From NCBI GenBank assembly GCA_038087875.1, contig CM075989.1:10542001-10602000 (forward strand): a stretch of DNA of 60,000 nucleotides, in the 5' to 3' direction. Position 1 is the stretch's first letter; each line of letters opens with the position of its first letter. The position numbers and the translations under genes are program-made. Below are positions 24,820-38,148 of this stretch, piece after piece. Below the pieces are notes generated by a model. The model had not been told where the DNA came from, did no database searches, and saw only the letters and a list, made by a program, of their open reading frames with translations. Origin of the DNA: Malacoraja senta. Lineage: Eukaryota.

Positions 24820-25830
24820 AGAATGTTACACAGCCTGAGTCCAAACATGGACAAGGAGATTAATTCCAGAGGTGAAGTGAAAGTAACTGCCCTAACATCT
24901 GATCAGGGCAGCATTTGATCAAGCTGGAGGCAATTGGAGGCAATTGGAATCAGGGCAATAAGCTGGAGGCAATTGGAATCAGGGCAAATTGGAATCAGGG
25001 CAAAAACCCTATTGGTTTGAATCATACCTACCACTACAGAAGATGGTTGTAGTGGATGAAAGTCAGTCATTGCACCACAGGACATCTCTGTAGAAATTCC
25101 TCAGGGGCAGTCTCTTAGGGCCAACCATCTTCAGTTGCTTCATCTAACCTTCCTACAATCATAAGTTCAGAAGTAGGGATGATTGCACAGTGTTCAGCAT
25201 TATTCACGACTTCAGATAATGCAGCAAGTCATGGACAATATCCACGTCTGAGCTGACAGTACAAGGAACACACATATTACAGGCAAAGACAATATTCAGC
25301 AAGAGAAAATCCAGCTATCGCCCTCTGACATTCAAAGACATTGCCACCACAGAATCCCCCACCGTCAATATCCTGGGAGTTACCATTAACAGAAACTGGA
25401 ACATTGACCATACACACAATGTGGCTGCAAGAACAGGTCAGAGGTTAGGAATCCTGCAGTGAGTAACTCACCTCTCAACTTCCCAAAGCTTGCCCACCAT
25501 CTACAAGGCTCGTCAGTAGTGTGATGGAATACTCTCCATTTGTCTGCATGAGTGCAACTTCAACAACATTCAAGAAGTTCAACACCCAACAGGACAAGGC
25601 AGCCCGCTCGACAGGTATCTCATCCACACCCATTCACTAACTCTCTGCTCCTTCACCGTTCTTTACTGTCCTGGAACTCTCAACCTAACACCGTTGTGGG
25701 TATACCCACACCGCAAGGACTGCAGCAGTTCAAGAAGGCAGTTCACCACCAGTTTCTCAGGGGCAACTAAGGATGGGCAATTAAATAATAGCTCAGCCTG
25801 TAAAGCCCACACCCCTTCAATGAACATAAA
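24820..25830 (+). mobile_element. CR1-like LINE (second family) RT-3' fragment
   Basis: Decayed QTWTKE.NSRGEVKVTAL and PQG..LGPTIFSCFI motifs; tail agggcaactaaggatgggcaat. Confidence 0.75.
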
Positions 25831-26059
25831 AAAACAACAACATGGGGCTCAGTCCTCTGCAATAGAGGTGTGACCTGGTGCTATTTACAATTCGGAAAGA
25901 GCATGTTAGGAGAAATAAAATCAGCTCCTGAAACATTTTTGGTTTCTTTACAGCTCTTATCAAGCAAGCACTTCTCAAGAGTGTAGCTCCCTCACTTCTG
26001 ACAGCTGCTTCTGCATTCAAGTCCCTTTCCAAAGACTTTACCACAATAATTTAGCCTAA

Positions 26060-26372
26060 TGCTTTGCTGCTGCACTGTCAGAGATGTTATCTTTTGGGTG
26101 AGATGTTAAACTGAGACCTCTATCTGCTCCCTTGAGTGAAGATGAAAGATCCCATGCCACAATGTCAAAGTGGAGCAGTGGAGATCTAACTAGTATCCTG
26201 GGTAACATTTATCCTCCATCAGGCATCACAAACAAAAATCATTGAGGGGGCTTACTATGGGCAATTTGGCCGCTGGGTTTCCTGCATGAATAATAACTAC
26301 AGATCAAAACTGCTTCATTGGCTGCGAAGTATGTTGCAACGACATGAAAGGAGCAATAAAAAGAGATTTCTT
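26060..26372 (+). mobile_element. Deu-domain SINE
   Basis: gctgcactgtcagag...gagatgttaaactgag...aaagatcccatg Deu core. Confidence 0.75.
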
Positions 26373-26479
26373 TAATGCTTGGCATGCAAGTGTAATGTTT
26401 ACCAGAAGCCTGGCCCATGGAGTTGGAGAATCAAGAACTCATAGCATACTTGAGAACTTAAACTCAGTACATCTGGGGA

Positions 26480-26735
26480 CAGAAACAAAATACAAGTAAC
26501 TGAAAAAGGTAATCATGAAGCTGCTGAATAGTCTTGGAAAGTCGATTTGGTTCACTGATGCCTTTCAGAGAAAGAAATTCCATGTCCTTACCCACTACAT
26601 GGGTAATATGTGACTCCAGATACATCAACATGGTGGACCTGAGCTGTCTCCTCAGTTCGTGGGCAGTTAGGAAGGGACAATAAATGCTGCCGTTGTCAAC
26701 AATGTCCATACCTCATGAAGGATCACATGAAAAAA
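26480..26735 (+). mobile_element. Second SINE-like family copy
   Basis: ttggttcactgatgcc...gtccttaccc...tgtgactccaga core. Confidence 0.6.
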
Positions 26736-27854
26736 GCATCATCCTTTTTGAGATATCACAGATGTTCCTGTTTATTCCTTTGACTTTTCACTTGCTCCAA
26801 CACTGTTCAATGTTTAAGCTCTTCTAGTTTTGACAAGGTCGCTGCCCTGAAACGTTAGCTCTATTTCACTCTCGGCAGACTCCGCCTGCCCTGCACTGCA
26901 CCTCCAACCCTCTCTCTAATTATTTTAACTAATTATTATTTCACTTCAATTCAAAAGCTTTGCACCACCTCCGTTCCTTAAATCTTCTTCCCACAAAGTA
27001 TGGACTTTGAAAACTAAAATGTGGCATCACTGATTATTCCCTCCTGATGTTCCTGGCCTCTGCTTGGATTGTTTGTCAAGCTTGCTGGGGTCCTGCTCTA
27101 CGACCCTTGCCCCTTCACCTAGATTTCTGAATGTATAAAAGATCTCCAGTCTCAGCGTAGATTACCAAAGGTAGCTTGGGATTTGCGATCAGCTTTCCCC
27201 AGAGCTCAAATTATTTCAGCTTAAGCTGTATTCAGACAATGAAAATCTTGTATTGCAAATATAATTTGACACCAGTAATTATGGGCTTGCAAAACAATTT
27301 CCTCAAAGCATTGAAACTCAGTGCTACAAGTATTTATATGGACTATTGGTGAACATATTGAAGCAGAGCCCTGTTATTATACTAACTTATTCTGAATATA
27401 CCATGCCATTTTGACGGTAATTTAAAATTGAAATCCGGGACCATTTCAATTCTGAAGTTGCTGCAGTTAAGACCTTTAATTGGGATAGCGTGCTTAATTG
27501 TGGGAGAAATGTTTCACATTTTGAAATGCAGCGTTTGATGTGTGTACAAATAGCTAAGATCACACGAGTGGCCATGGACTATTCTTCCCTTAAACATTTA
27601 AAGAAGAAGTTCAGACTTGTAGAGAGGGACCCTTTTTTTAACCTGAGGACAGTTCAATGACCATTGAGATGGTATATGTGTGATATTCCCATTAAGAATT
27701 GTTCTGACGTCTTACTGCTTGTGAACAATGTCCATTTGGGGAAGTTATCAGAAGCTGATGAAATTGTATGTCCCTTGCGGAGGAGAATAGCAAAGGGAAG
27801 ATTACCAAGTAATTTGTTGATGAAATGTACCAACCTGGTAGCTGTTGGTCATGT

Positions 27855-27986
27855 GCAGAAAGGAACTGCAGATGCTGGGTTATACTGAATATAGACACTA
27901 AATGCTGAAGTAACTCAGTGGGTCAAGCAGCATCTCCAGAGGAAAAAGGATGGGCGATGTTTTGAGTCAGAACCCTTTTTCAGACT
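27855..27986 (-). mobile_element. Decayed Penelope-derived insert
   Basis: aaggaactgcagatgctgg...aacccttttttcagact-like end. Confidence 0.7.
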
Positions 27987-28554
27987 ATGGTCATGGGTCT
28001 GCTTGGCATATTCTGATAGCTGGTTTGGGAGACATAACGAATGACCCTCACTGGACTTTTGATCCCCAGATCTCTAACGACAGAAAGCTACTCTCCCGTG
28101 GGATTTGGGTGCCTTGTCCATGAAGCACAGAAAGTTAATGCGCTAGCAATTAGGAAAGCAAATAGAAATGTATTGGTTTACTTAAGGATAAATATATTTG
28201 TATTTGGTTGATTCTTAAGATGAAAGCGTTGCCTTATTAGGAAAGGATGGGTGAAGTTTAAAGAGTGAGTGTTGATGTTATTGAAACATAGGATTTTGAG
28301 GGGGATTGACAAAATAGATGAGAGAGGACAACTTTTCTCACAAAAGAAAACAATTTGTATGAGGATAGGGCGTACGTTAAGACCATGATGAGGAGAAATT
28401 TCTTCCCTCAGAAGATTGTGAACCTTCAGAATTTTCTACCTCAGAGAGCAGTGCAGGCTGAATCCTTCATGGCCACTGGGACAGATTTTGTGACACTAGA
28501 ACAAACAAGGTTATGGGTAACAGGCAGGAAATTGGAGATGTGGCCAAGTTAGAC

Positions 28555-28819
28555 ATGGAGTTATAGAGTGATACAGTGTGGAAACATGCCATTCGGCCCA
28601 AGTTAACCACACCGGCCAACATGTCCCAGCTACTACACTAGTCCCACCTGCCCGCATTTTGTCCATATCCTTCCAAACCTGTCCTATCCATGTGCCTTTC
28701 TATATGTTTCTTAAATGTTGGGATAGTCCCTGCCTCAACTACCTCCTCTGGCAGCTTGTTCCATACATCCACCACCTTTTGTGATAAAGTTACCCCTCAG
28801 ATTCCTATTAAATGTTTTC
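28555..28819 (-). mobile_element. CR1 3' fragment (continues at 29645-29810 after an insertion)
   Basis: cagattcctattaaatgttttc joins cccttcaccttaaacctatg on the far side of the insert. Confidence 0.8.
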
Positions 28820-29644
28820 AATGGTTCAATAGTCCTTTATTGTCATGTGTACCCTGAGGTACAGTGACATTTTATTTTACCATAGTCATACCAAATTAAA
28901 GCAGCAAGATACAAAATTACATACAAATTAACATAAACAGCCACCACAGCGGCATGTGAGAATCCCTAGGCACACAACAGAAACGGAGACACACAGCCAT
29001 CAGTCCAATGTCCGGGCCACACACACGTTCCCTCACCGTGTTGTGACCAGAGTTGCAACGACCGTTTGTCGTTCTCTCTGCAGTCCTTGTCCGCCCGAAC
29101 AGTCAGAAAGCCGTCCGCACTCGCACCAGACTCCAGGACGCTCCCGCGGCGCGATGTCCCCGCAAACACCGAGACCACCACACACACGGCAATCCCTCCG
29201 CGTCCCCACCAGCGCAGGCAGCATCCATCTTGCTTTCGGTGACCTCGCACTCCTCACTGTGATGGAAGGCAAATTACTTTTAACTTCTTCCTCCTTTTCT
29301 CCCGCGGTCGGGGCAATCGAAACATCCGCAGTCGGGGCGATCGAAGCTCCCGCAGTTGGCGATCGAGGCTCCTACATAGGGGCGATCGAGGCTCCCGCGA
29401 TCGGGGCGTTCTAAGCTCCTGCAGCTGGATCTCCCTAGCCAATCCCTAACAAGGGGACTGCCAACTCCACGATGTTAGGCCACAGTGCGGACGGAGATAC
29501 AACACGGAAAATGTTGCATCTTCGTTGAGGAAAGAGATTTTAAAAAGTCCCCCCCCCCACATAATACAAAACTAAAGATGAACTAAAACAAATAAAACAG
29601 ACTAAAAACTCGCTGTTGGCAAGTCTGCCACTCACGGTGCCCCC
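28820..29644 (-). mobile_element. GC-rich non-coding retroelement relative with internal ~21-bp repeats
   Basis: Same terminal motifs as 6386-7321 (gggggcac start, gccttccatcacagtga, tgacaataaa tail); about 5 ggggcgatcgaRgctcccgc units at 29305-29410. Confidence 0.7.
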
Positions 29645-31119
29645 TTCACCTTAAACCTATGTTCTCTGGTCCTCTATTCACCTACTCTGGGCCAGAGACT
29701 TGTCGAATGCTGTGCTGAAGTCCATGTATACAACATCTACAACTCTTCCTTCACCGACCTTTTTGGTCACGTCTTCAAAAAACTCAATCAGATTTCAGAT
29801 TTGTGAGACACGAGTTACTTGTGATCTTATTGCCATGATGTTATTGAATGTTTGGGCAGGCCTAAGGTGCCAAGTGACTGATCCTTGCTCCCATGTCTTA
29901 TGTTCTTATGTCTACTTAAGTGTTCTCACCCATGGTTGATAAGGTGCACTGAATACAATTTCTCTCATATCTATAACTACACAAATAATGAATTTAATAA
30001 TAAGCAATGGTAATGCCATATCCACAAATAATGTCTCTAGATAGATATGAAAAGATTGTGTTTATTCTACCTATTTTTTAGATTATCATCTGTGTTTTTA
30101 CTACCCTATCCATTAGCTACTGATTGCTTGATTTAATGGCTCAAATCCCACAACAAAAACACTTGAATGCACTAATGGGCAAGTGTTCCATTGATGGACA
30201 TTTGACTTTTGGATGTGACCTTCAAACAAACCTTTACTTGCCCCCTCAAGATATAAAAGATCCAATGATACAATTTTGAATAATTTTAGGTAAGTTATCC
30301 CTGGTATCCCATGCCAATACTGCTCACTCAATCAGCATCTTTAAATTAGATCTGGGCTGTATCACATTTCCTGCATTAGAACAGTGGCTGCATTTCAAAT
30401 GAAGTTCATTAACTGGGCTAGAATGCACTGAAAGGGATGTGAAAGCTGCAGTCAAAATGCAAATCTTTTCCCTACCACTTCTTTTTGGAGCTCCCATCTC
30501 TCTCCCCTCCGAGTTCATCTTTATTCCCTCTCGACCTCTTCTCCCTTGTTTTCAATCACTGTTCCTCTGTTAATCAAAAGGATAATGTAGTCAAAGTGTT
30601 CTGAAGATCCATTCACAACAAGGGGTCAAAGCTTTATTCCCACTGCCCTGACACCGTTTTTTCATCTCACTGCAGACATTAAGTATTTAAAATCACACCC
30701 CAAATAATAACCTTTATTTACAATTAATCTTTAAAGCTATAACGATGAAGAATTATGAACACCAACCCATTTTGTGCAACCTTCTGGATAAAAGATCTAA
30801 AGCTCCTTCAAAAAGCATATTTAAGGAACATATTAAAAGAGAAATTGTTTAGTGGTGGAAGTTCCAAACCTTGGAGCCAAGGCAGCTCAAGTCATAGCAT
30901 AGATTCGTGGAATCTACAGGCATAGATTCAAACTGAGCTTGAGCAAGAGGCCAGCATTGGAAGAATGCAGTTATATTGAGGGGTTATAGATGAACCATGG
31001 ATAGGTTATAAAAAAACAAGGATAAGATTTTTTTTTAAATAAGTCTTTGCTTAACCAGGACCCAAGATAGGGCAACAAGTAATTAATGAGTTTTGATATA
31101 TTCCTTCTTGAACTCTGGT

Positions 31120-31340
31120 TTCATACAGAGGGTGGTGGGTATATGGAATGAGCTGCCAGAAGAAGTAATTGAGGCAGATGCTATGACAACATTTAAAAGA
31201 TATTTGGACAGGTACATGTATAGGAATGATTTAGAGGGATATGGGCCAAATGGAGGCAGGCAGGAGTAGTGTAGACGGGCCATCTTGGTCGGCATGGCCA
31301 AGTTGGGCTGAAAGGCCTGTTTATGTGCTGTGTGACTTTC
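31120..31340 (+). mobile_element. CR1 3' end
   Basis: gggtggtgggtatatggaatgagctgccaga...ggcctgtttatgtgctgtgtgact. Confidence 0.85.
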
Positions 31341-32012
31341 ATCTCATGCTGTACCAGAAGTTTCACTGGTTTTCTCTATCTCCAATATTGATTGTCAAGC
31401 ACACAAACAATCTGTTTTAAATACTTATTCCTTGGGACTATTTATTGAAGGTAACCCTTCCCTTTCAGAATGTCAACCTTCAGTGGTTGTCATTGTTAGT
31501 GTAGTTCATGCTCACATTCCAAGACTATGAATATCTCACACCTACAGACCAAGAAAGGCATTGGCAACTAAACCAATATGTTATTCCATGGGGCATTAAC
31601 ACCTGACAGATTGAAGAATTGCCATGAAGGTGAGTGTAGCTCAACAAGCAACAAAGAGTCTATAAAACATCCAGAGTGCTCTGTATAGTTTTCTTACATG
31701 AACACCAACACAGGAAATAGAAGTGGCTGTGTCAAAATCAGCAGACAACAGCGATATTTGTCCCAGAAGTAACTCTAGGACACAGGCTTACACAAGCTAT
31801 TCGTGTCTGTCTATGTTCTAAAGTGACTTGTTGGTCCATTGCCAAACTACGCAATGTACTATGCTGGCGCTTTAGAGTCATAGAAAGAGGTCCTTTGGCA
31901 CAACTCGTCCACGTCAACCAAGTTGCCTAACCAAGCTAGTCCCATTTGCCTGCACCTGCCCAATATCACTCCAAACCTTTCTGTGTCCATGTCTAAGCGT
32001 TTTAAACATAAA

Positions 32013-32170
32013 TGTGGCCTATATTACATCAGTGAGACCAAGTGGAGATAAGGCGACCCCTTTGCCGTATCTTGGTTCAGTTTCCTCGCTTTATCTGGAT
32101 CTCCCAAACTCGAAGAATCGCACCACTTGTTCTACGTACAAACCAACTGCATGAATATTGAGTTCTCCAC
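32013..32170 (+). pseudogene. Penelope-like element GIY-YIG endonuclease remnant
   Basis: Translates CGLYYISETKWR*GDPFA (compare CGLLYIGETKRRLGDRF), later KLEE..H and MNIEFS. Confidence 0.7.
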
Positions 32171-32850
32171 AACACCTAGCCTAGCCATTCAGTGGTATTA
32201 CCGTTGCTGACTCCTCCACCATTAGCAGTGGACATCACATCCCAAACCCATCAACTCCCCCATCCAGAAGGACATGGGCAACTGGCACAATGAGACTCCA
32301 CCGCCAGCAGGTTCCCCTCACGTTGCACACCATCCAATTGGAAATGCGTTTCCAGTTTATCATCCTTGCTGTCTAAACGCTGGAATTCCTAACCAGCAAC
32401 ACTGTTTGAATACCTCCACCAGAATGACTGCAATGTTTGACTCTAAGGCAATTAGGACGGGCAATAAATACTGGCCTTGCTGGGTAAATTGTATAAATCC
32501 TGATGAGTGGCTTGTGGATGATGGAAAGGCTTGGCAGTGTCAGGAGGTGAGTCAGCTGCCACAGGATACCCAGCCTCTGACCCAATAATGATGTGGTGTG
32601 TCAGCAGTTGTTTAAATGTTGTTATGACATATTTTAGCCATGCCAACAACACAACCAAGAAGTACCCTGGATTTTCCATGCAGCTTTTGATAAAATCAGA
32701 TGTTCAGAGCAATTCCCTATCTCCAGGTTAATTTTGAAAGGTGGTTCTTCTCGTTTTATGCATACACATAGCCTCACTTTTCTTATTTTGAGGTCCCACA
32801 GATTATTGAATGAACCATCATGGGAGAGGGAAGAATGTTAATCTGTGTAA

Positions 32851-33210
32851 TGGACCTGTCCCACTTTCCCGAGTTATTCACGAATTCTCCCGAGTTATTC
32901 ACGAATTCTCCCGAGTTTTCAAACTCGCAGAATGTTCGTAACGAGGCCGTAGTAGTCCGTGGATATATCGTAGCGGCTCGTTATGCCAGCCATAGGTACT
33001 CTGGGCTATTTTTTTACTCGTGGACATTTTTCATCATGCTGAAAAAACGTCCCGACTTACCTGATGCCCCGAGTACCTACGGCTGGCATAACGAGCCGCT
33101 ACGATATATCCACGGACTCCTACGGCCTCCTACGGACTCGTTACGAACATTCTGCGAGTTTGAAAACTCGGGAGAATTCGTGAATAACTCGGGAAAGTGG
33201 GACAGGCCTT
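32851..33210. mobile_element. PIF/Harbinger-type MITE
   Basis: Long TIRs (cctgtcccactttcccgagttattcacgaattctcccgag), near whole-element palindrome, TAA TSD at 32848-32850 and 33211-33213. Confidence 0.85.
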
Positions 33211-34794
33211 TAACATGTTAATCCCACTGCCATTCTATACAAAACAGTGAAGAAACTGCATGCATGGATGCAGCCAGTGAGCAATGTAGAAACACATTTG
33301 CTAAGATGCACACAGCAAGATCCCAGAACCATTGCGATAATTACCAGAATGTTGAGTGTGGATAACTATTGGCTCTGACATAAGGACGGCACATCCTGCC
33401 GTGATTCAAAATATAGTGTGGGATATAATATATCCACCTGGGAAGAAACCAAAGTTTACGAAAATCAAAACAACTGAAGTTAACAGCAGTTTAATACCTC
33501 AGTCAATAGTCAGTACCTCTAGATAGAGCAGCAATCCTTCAGTGTGGACCGAGCTAGGGCCAAGGGACCTATTACATTTACCTCAGCAGGCTGATGGGAC
33601 CACAGCTTTACCTCTCGAATGACAATGTGGCACTCCCTCATTTTACATTGACCTCAAATAGAATCATAAATCCAAGAGCAGGCTTGAAATCAAAACTTCT
33701 TGGGTCAAAAGCGAGAATGCTACCACCTGTGTTGATATGTGAGAACAACAGAGTACTGAAGGGGGGAGACAATCTTCCACTTATATTGGAAGAATATTGA
33801 TTATGATACAGGGCGTTCATTCATCCCATCCATCTGACTCCTAGCAGAGTAATGCCTACTGTAAGTCCGAGTTCCCTCTCTCCTTACTTTCTTGCAGCTG
33901 TCTAACATTATTTCCTCCCATGCATCAACTCTCCCTTTAATGTTTTGTTGCCACTAATATACACTGGGGTGTAATTGATAGTAACCTAACAGCACATCTT
34001 TGGGAGGAAAGCAGAGCACTCAACTGAATCTTCTGGTCTGAGGGAAAACATGCAAACTCCACACAAAGGTCAGGTTCAAACCTGTTCCTGGAAGTGTGAG
34101 GCAGCAGCACAAACTGCTACACGCTGTAGTGTATCATTTATCATTTCGCACTTGCTCTTTCCAATATCATCTTTTGTCTTATTGCACTCCTGAGCATTGT
34201 AGTACATATATAAACATGTGAACTATTGATTGTTAGTTGAAAGTGCCTTCTTCTCAAGAACAAACATACCATGCCTTGATCAACACCAAATTAACCAAGA
34301 AAAAGAAAGATTCCAACCCACAATGGGCAAGTGTGACAGACAATAGAATTTCCTTCAAAATACAAGAACTCAAAATACAAGAACTCGTATTCAGATCTCT
34401 GATTGCTGAGAATTCATACAGTGACGGGAAGGTCTCTGAGCTCCTCATCCGTTCAGACAGGCAGGTGGATCTCTGAAATAACAATGAAGCACAGTTTCTG
34501 AGCTCCTGGCAGATAATAACCTCTGTGTTGACAGGCGGGGAGAAGCTGGCTCTATGTCAGAAAGCAATGACTGAGGGACTCCTGTGCATGTTTAAGAACC
34601 GACGCTGTCCACCCCAGTACAACATTTGACATATTTGCCCACAGAGATGTCAAAGGTGAATTCCCATTTGAAAAAGAAACAATATTCCGTCGTCCCCCTT
34701 ATAAAACAGTATGGTTGGTCGTTTACCACATAGTTGCTGTTATTTTGCTCCATAGACTGGTGTGGTTCAGAAACTAAGGTCTTCAACCTTGAGG

Positions 34795-35085
34795 GTGGCA
34801 CGGTGGTGCAGCGGTAGAGTTGTTGCCTGACAGCGCCAGAAACATGGGTTTGATCCTGACTACGGGTGCTGTCTGTATGGAGTTTGTACATTCTCCCCGT
34901 GACTGCGTGGGTTTTCTCCAGGTGCTCTAGTTTCTTCCCACATGTCAAAGATGTGCAGATTTGTAGGTTAATGGGCTTCTGTAAATTGTCCCTAGTGTGT
35001 AGGATAGAACGTGTATGGGTGATCAATGGTCGGCGCGAACTCGGTGGGCTGAAGGGCCTGTTTCCATGCTGTGTCTCTAAAGTAA
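34795..35085 (+). mobile_element. HE1-type V-SINE
   Basis: ggcacggtggtgcagcggtagagttg head; CR1-type tail. Confidence 0.9.
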
Positions 35086-35116
35086 GTAAATTAAACCCAT
35101 TAAGTCCATGCCAGTG

Positions 35117-35509
35117 GAGAAATAAGGAACTGCACATGCTGGTTTACAAAAAATACAAAGTGCTGGAGTAACTCAGCAGGTGAGGCTGCATCTCTGGAGA
35201 ACATGGATAGGTGATGTTTTAAGTCAGGACCCTTCTTCAGACTGAGGTGAGTCTGAAGAAGAGTCACAACCCAAATGTCACCTATCCATGTTCTGGCACA
35301 GAAATAACAAAATACAAAGTGCTGGAGTAACTCAGCAGTCAGGCAGCATCACTGGAGAACATGGATAGGTGATGTTTTAGGTCAGTACCCTTCTTCAGAC
35401 TGAGGTGAGTCTGAAGAAGGGTCACAACCCAAATGTCACCTATCCATGTTCTCCAGTGATGCTGCCTGACCGCTGAGTTACTCCAGCACTTTGTATTTTG
35501 TTATTTCTG
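35117..35509. mobile_element. Compound Penelope-derived fold-back insert
   Basis: Two head-to-head units, each centred on cttcttcagactgaggtgagtctgaagaag; palindrome 35293-35515. Confidence 0.8.
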
Positions 35510-35849
35510 TGCCAGTGTTTGGGTTACATTCTAATGACCAGCTGCATCTCAGAATGCAGGGTAGTTGTGCTGAAGTTAGGCAGAACAGTTCTGCTGCCTT
35601 TGACCAAGGCAGTACATGGATTAACTGCCATTGCTCCTCTCTGAGCCTCCCTGAGGTTCATCGCACACACAGAGCCATGATCTCCAGCCAGGAGCTCTCC
35701 TACAACACTCAGGAAACCGCCGCACACCTTCAACTACGAGGCACTATGCTTCATTGGCATCTGATATACCATCACCACGTCAGTGTTTTCTGTCAACAAA
35801 ATGCACAGCATTTACCTGCCCAAGCTCTTTTGACAACAGCTCACAGACA

Positions 35850-36243
35850 TCATAATCATAATCACAATCATAATCATACTTTATTAGCCAAGTATGTTTG
35901 CAACATATGAGGAATTTGATTTGCCTTACAGTCATACTAATAAAAAGCAACAGAACACACAACATAAACATCCACCACAGTGATTCCTCCACATTCCTCA
36001 CTGTGATGGAAGGCGAAAAAAGTTCAATCTCTTCCCTTCTTTGTCCTCCAGCGGTCGGGTGCCTTTAACCTTCCGATGACGAGACATCTTACTCCCGTAG
36101 CTGGTGGCGGGCCTCCTCGTCGGGGTGATCAAGCTCCTGTATCGGGGGGATGTCAGCTCCCCGCACCGGGTGATCTGACCCCGGGTCAGGGCTTGTTGAA
36201 CGTCGTGCGGCTTTTGGAGCTCCGAGACATCGGTCTCTTCCTT
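35850..36243 (-). mobile_element. 5'-truncated copy of the GC-rich retroelement
   Basis: (cataat)n tail, tttatt, acatccaccacag and cactgtgatggaaggc motifs. Confidence 0.7.
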
Positions 36244-36630
36244 CAATGTTGTTGAGTCTAAGTTCTGGGATTCTCAATCAAACAGAGCTGTAGAAGTATC
36301 TACAACCATGGGTTGTAACAGTTCAAGAGGTTTTGTTATGACCCTTGCAATAGTGACACTGTGAAGAAACAAGGCCTGTGCTCATGTCGCTTGGGAAACG
36401 AATCCGAAGATTGAAGCTTCCCATTGGAATCACCGGTTACAAAATTGTCTTCCCCCTATGTATTTATTCCATTCTCCCATTTCCACTGACTTAAATTAGC
36501 TCCACAATCAGGATAATGTGTTAAGATATTAAATGCAGACAGTTCAATATGCATAAAGAAAGACACGTACAAACATATATGGGCACAAACAATGCAAGCA
36601 TACACGTGCAAACATACAGACACATGAGCA

Positions 36631-36987
36631 CCCAGCAATATGAATGTTGATTTCTCTAATTTCATGTAGCTCCTGCATTCCCCCCGCCTCCACACCTCCA
36701 CGACCCTAGTCATCCTACTCATTGCACTGTTGGCATCCTTGTATTCCTCTCGTCAGTTCATCCTCCCCAGCCAACAATAGGACATCATGGACTACACCCT
36801 TCCAGAGGTGATCTAATGCCAGCCCTGATTTGTTCTGACCTTTTCTTGCCTCCACTTTCCCTCCCTCCCTCCCTCCACCGCTATATTTTGGCCTGAAGAA
36901 GGGTTCTGATCAGAAACGTCACCTATTCCTTTCTCCAGAGATGCTGTCTGACCCGCTGAGTTCCTCCAGCATTTTGTGTTTACCTTC
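36631..36987 (+). mobile_element. Penelope-like element 3' end: ORF terminus, 3'UTR and hammerhead motif
   Basis: PSNMNVDFSNFM* (36631-36669), then ctgaagaagggttctgatcagaaacgtc (36893-36920) and the family tail. Confidence 0.75.
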
Positions 36988-37529
36988 TGCCAATGTACAT
37001 TGACTGCCTGGGGTTGCTGGCACCTTGCCAGAATGGAACCACCTTCTGGAGGTTTTTCCCTTCCAGTCACAGGTGTCTCCGATGCCAACTGTACAGCTCT
37101 TTTCACCAAAGTGTTTGAAGTATGGTCAGAGTTTGAGTTTGAGATGTCATTTTTCACTGACAGTGTCTGAAGAGTCAATCTATCAGCTGAAGAGAGGGCA
37201 GCGTTCATGGCAGAACTCCCAGTAGTTACACTGTAAGCTCATCTACAGAGAAAGTAACTGTTCTACATAAAACAAAACCATGAAACTACAGCAAATGGAA
37301 TTCACCGTTGAAACTCCAGAAAATCCTCTTGATATAGGGGCATTATTTTCCCAATGATGTACATTGAGCGGAGGATAGTTACATAATGAAGATTATGGTA
37401 CACTCTGCCGATGTTATTGAGAGGGGATTTATCCTATCACCTCCATTCTGGCTGGGCATACTGTTGTCCCCATGTGCACCTTAGTTAGCTATGGATTGAG
37501 GTCTGTACCCAGAGAACATTGTCTATACC

Positions 37530-37662
37530 ACTGTCTATATCCCTCGTTTCCATTTCCCCTGACTCTCAGTGTAAAGAAGGGTCTCAACCCGAAACGTCAC
37601 TTATTCCTTTTCCCCAGAGATGCTGTCTGACCCGCTGAGTTACTCAAGCTTTTTGTGTCTAA
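37530..37662 (+). mobile_element. Penelope-derived insert
   Basis: aagaagggtctcaacccgaaacgtcac plus family tail. Confidence 0.75.
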
Positions 37663-37699
37663 TATTGTACCAGAGTTGGGTGGCTTCCACATGCTTTTC

Positions 37700-38148
37700 T
37701 AGCCAGGCCACCACTCAGTGAAAGAGGCACTTTGGTCCACCTGAAACCTGTTGGTCTTGGAATCCAGTACAGTGAGATATTCGTAAGGGAGTGCTGCCAC
37801 ATGGCATATTCCATGCTGGAGAAGTATGTGCTTAGAAACGCACTGATGCTATGGTGCAACCAATGCAAAGGCATTGTGAGGCAGGACTGCAACCTAAGGA
37901 CCTGTAGCCACTGGGCACTGAGAGCTACTCTTATCTAACAGCCCCCCAAACACCTGAAGGGTGATCATTCAAAGAGGCCACATAAGTGGCATTGATGCCT
38001 CGTACATAGAATGTATAAACAAAGACTCTACCAATGTAGAGATTTAACAACATTACAGATATACAGACTGGAAGTCACTATGAATGTAAGGAACACTATG
38101 TTTTGCTTTGTATTTCATTTATATATTTTATTTCTGAAATAAAAAATT
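37700..38148 (+). mobile_element. Tx1-like (L1 clade) LINE 3' end
   Basis: VKEALWST*NLLV and ECCHMAYSMLEKYVLRNAL resemble a Tx1 ORF2 C-terminus; aataaaaaa end. Confidence 0.6.
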
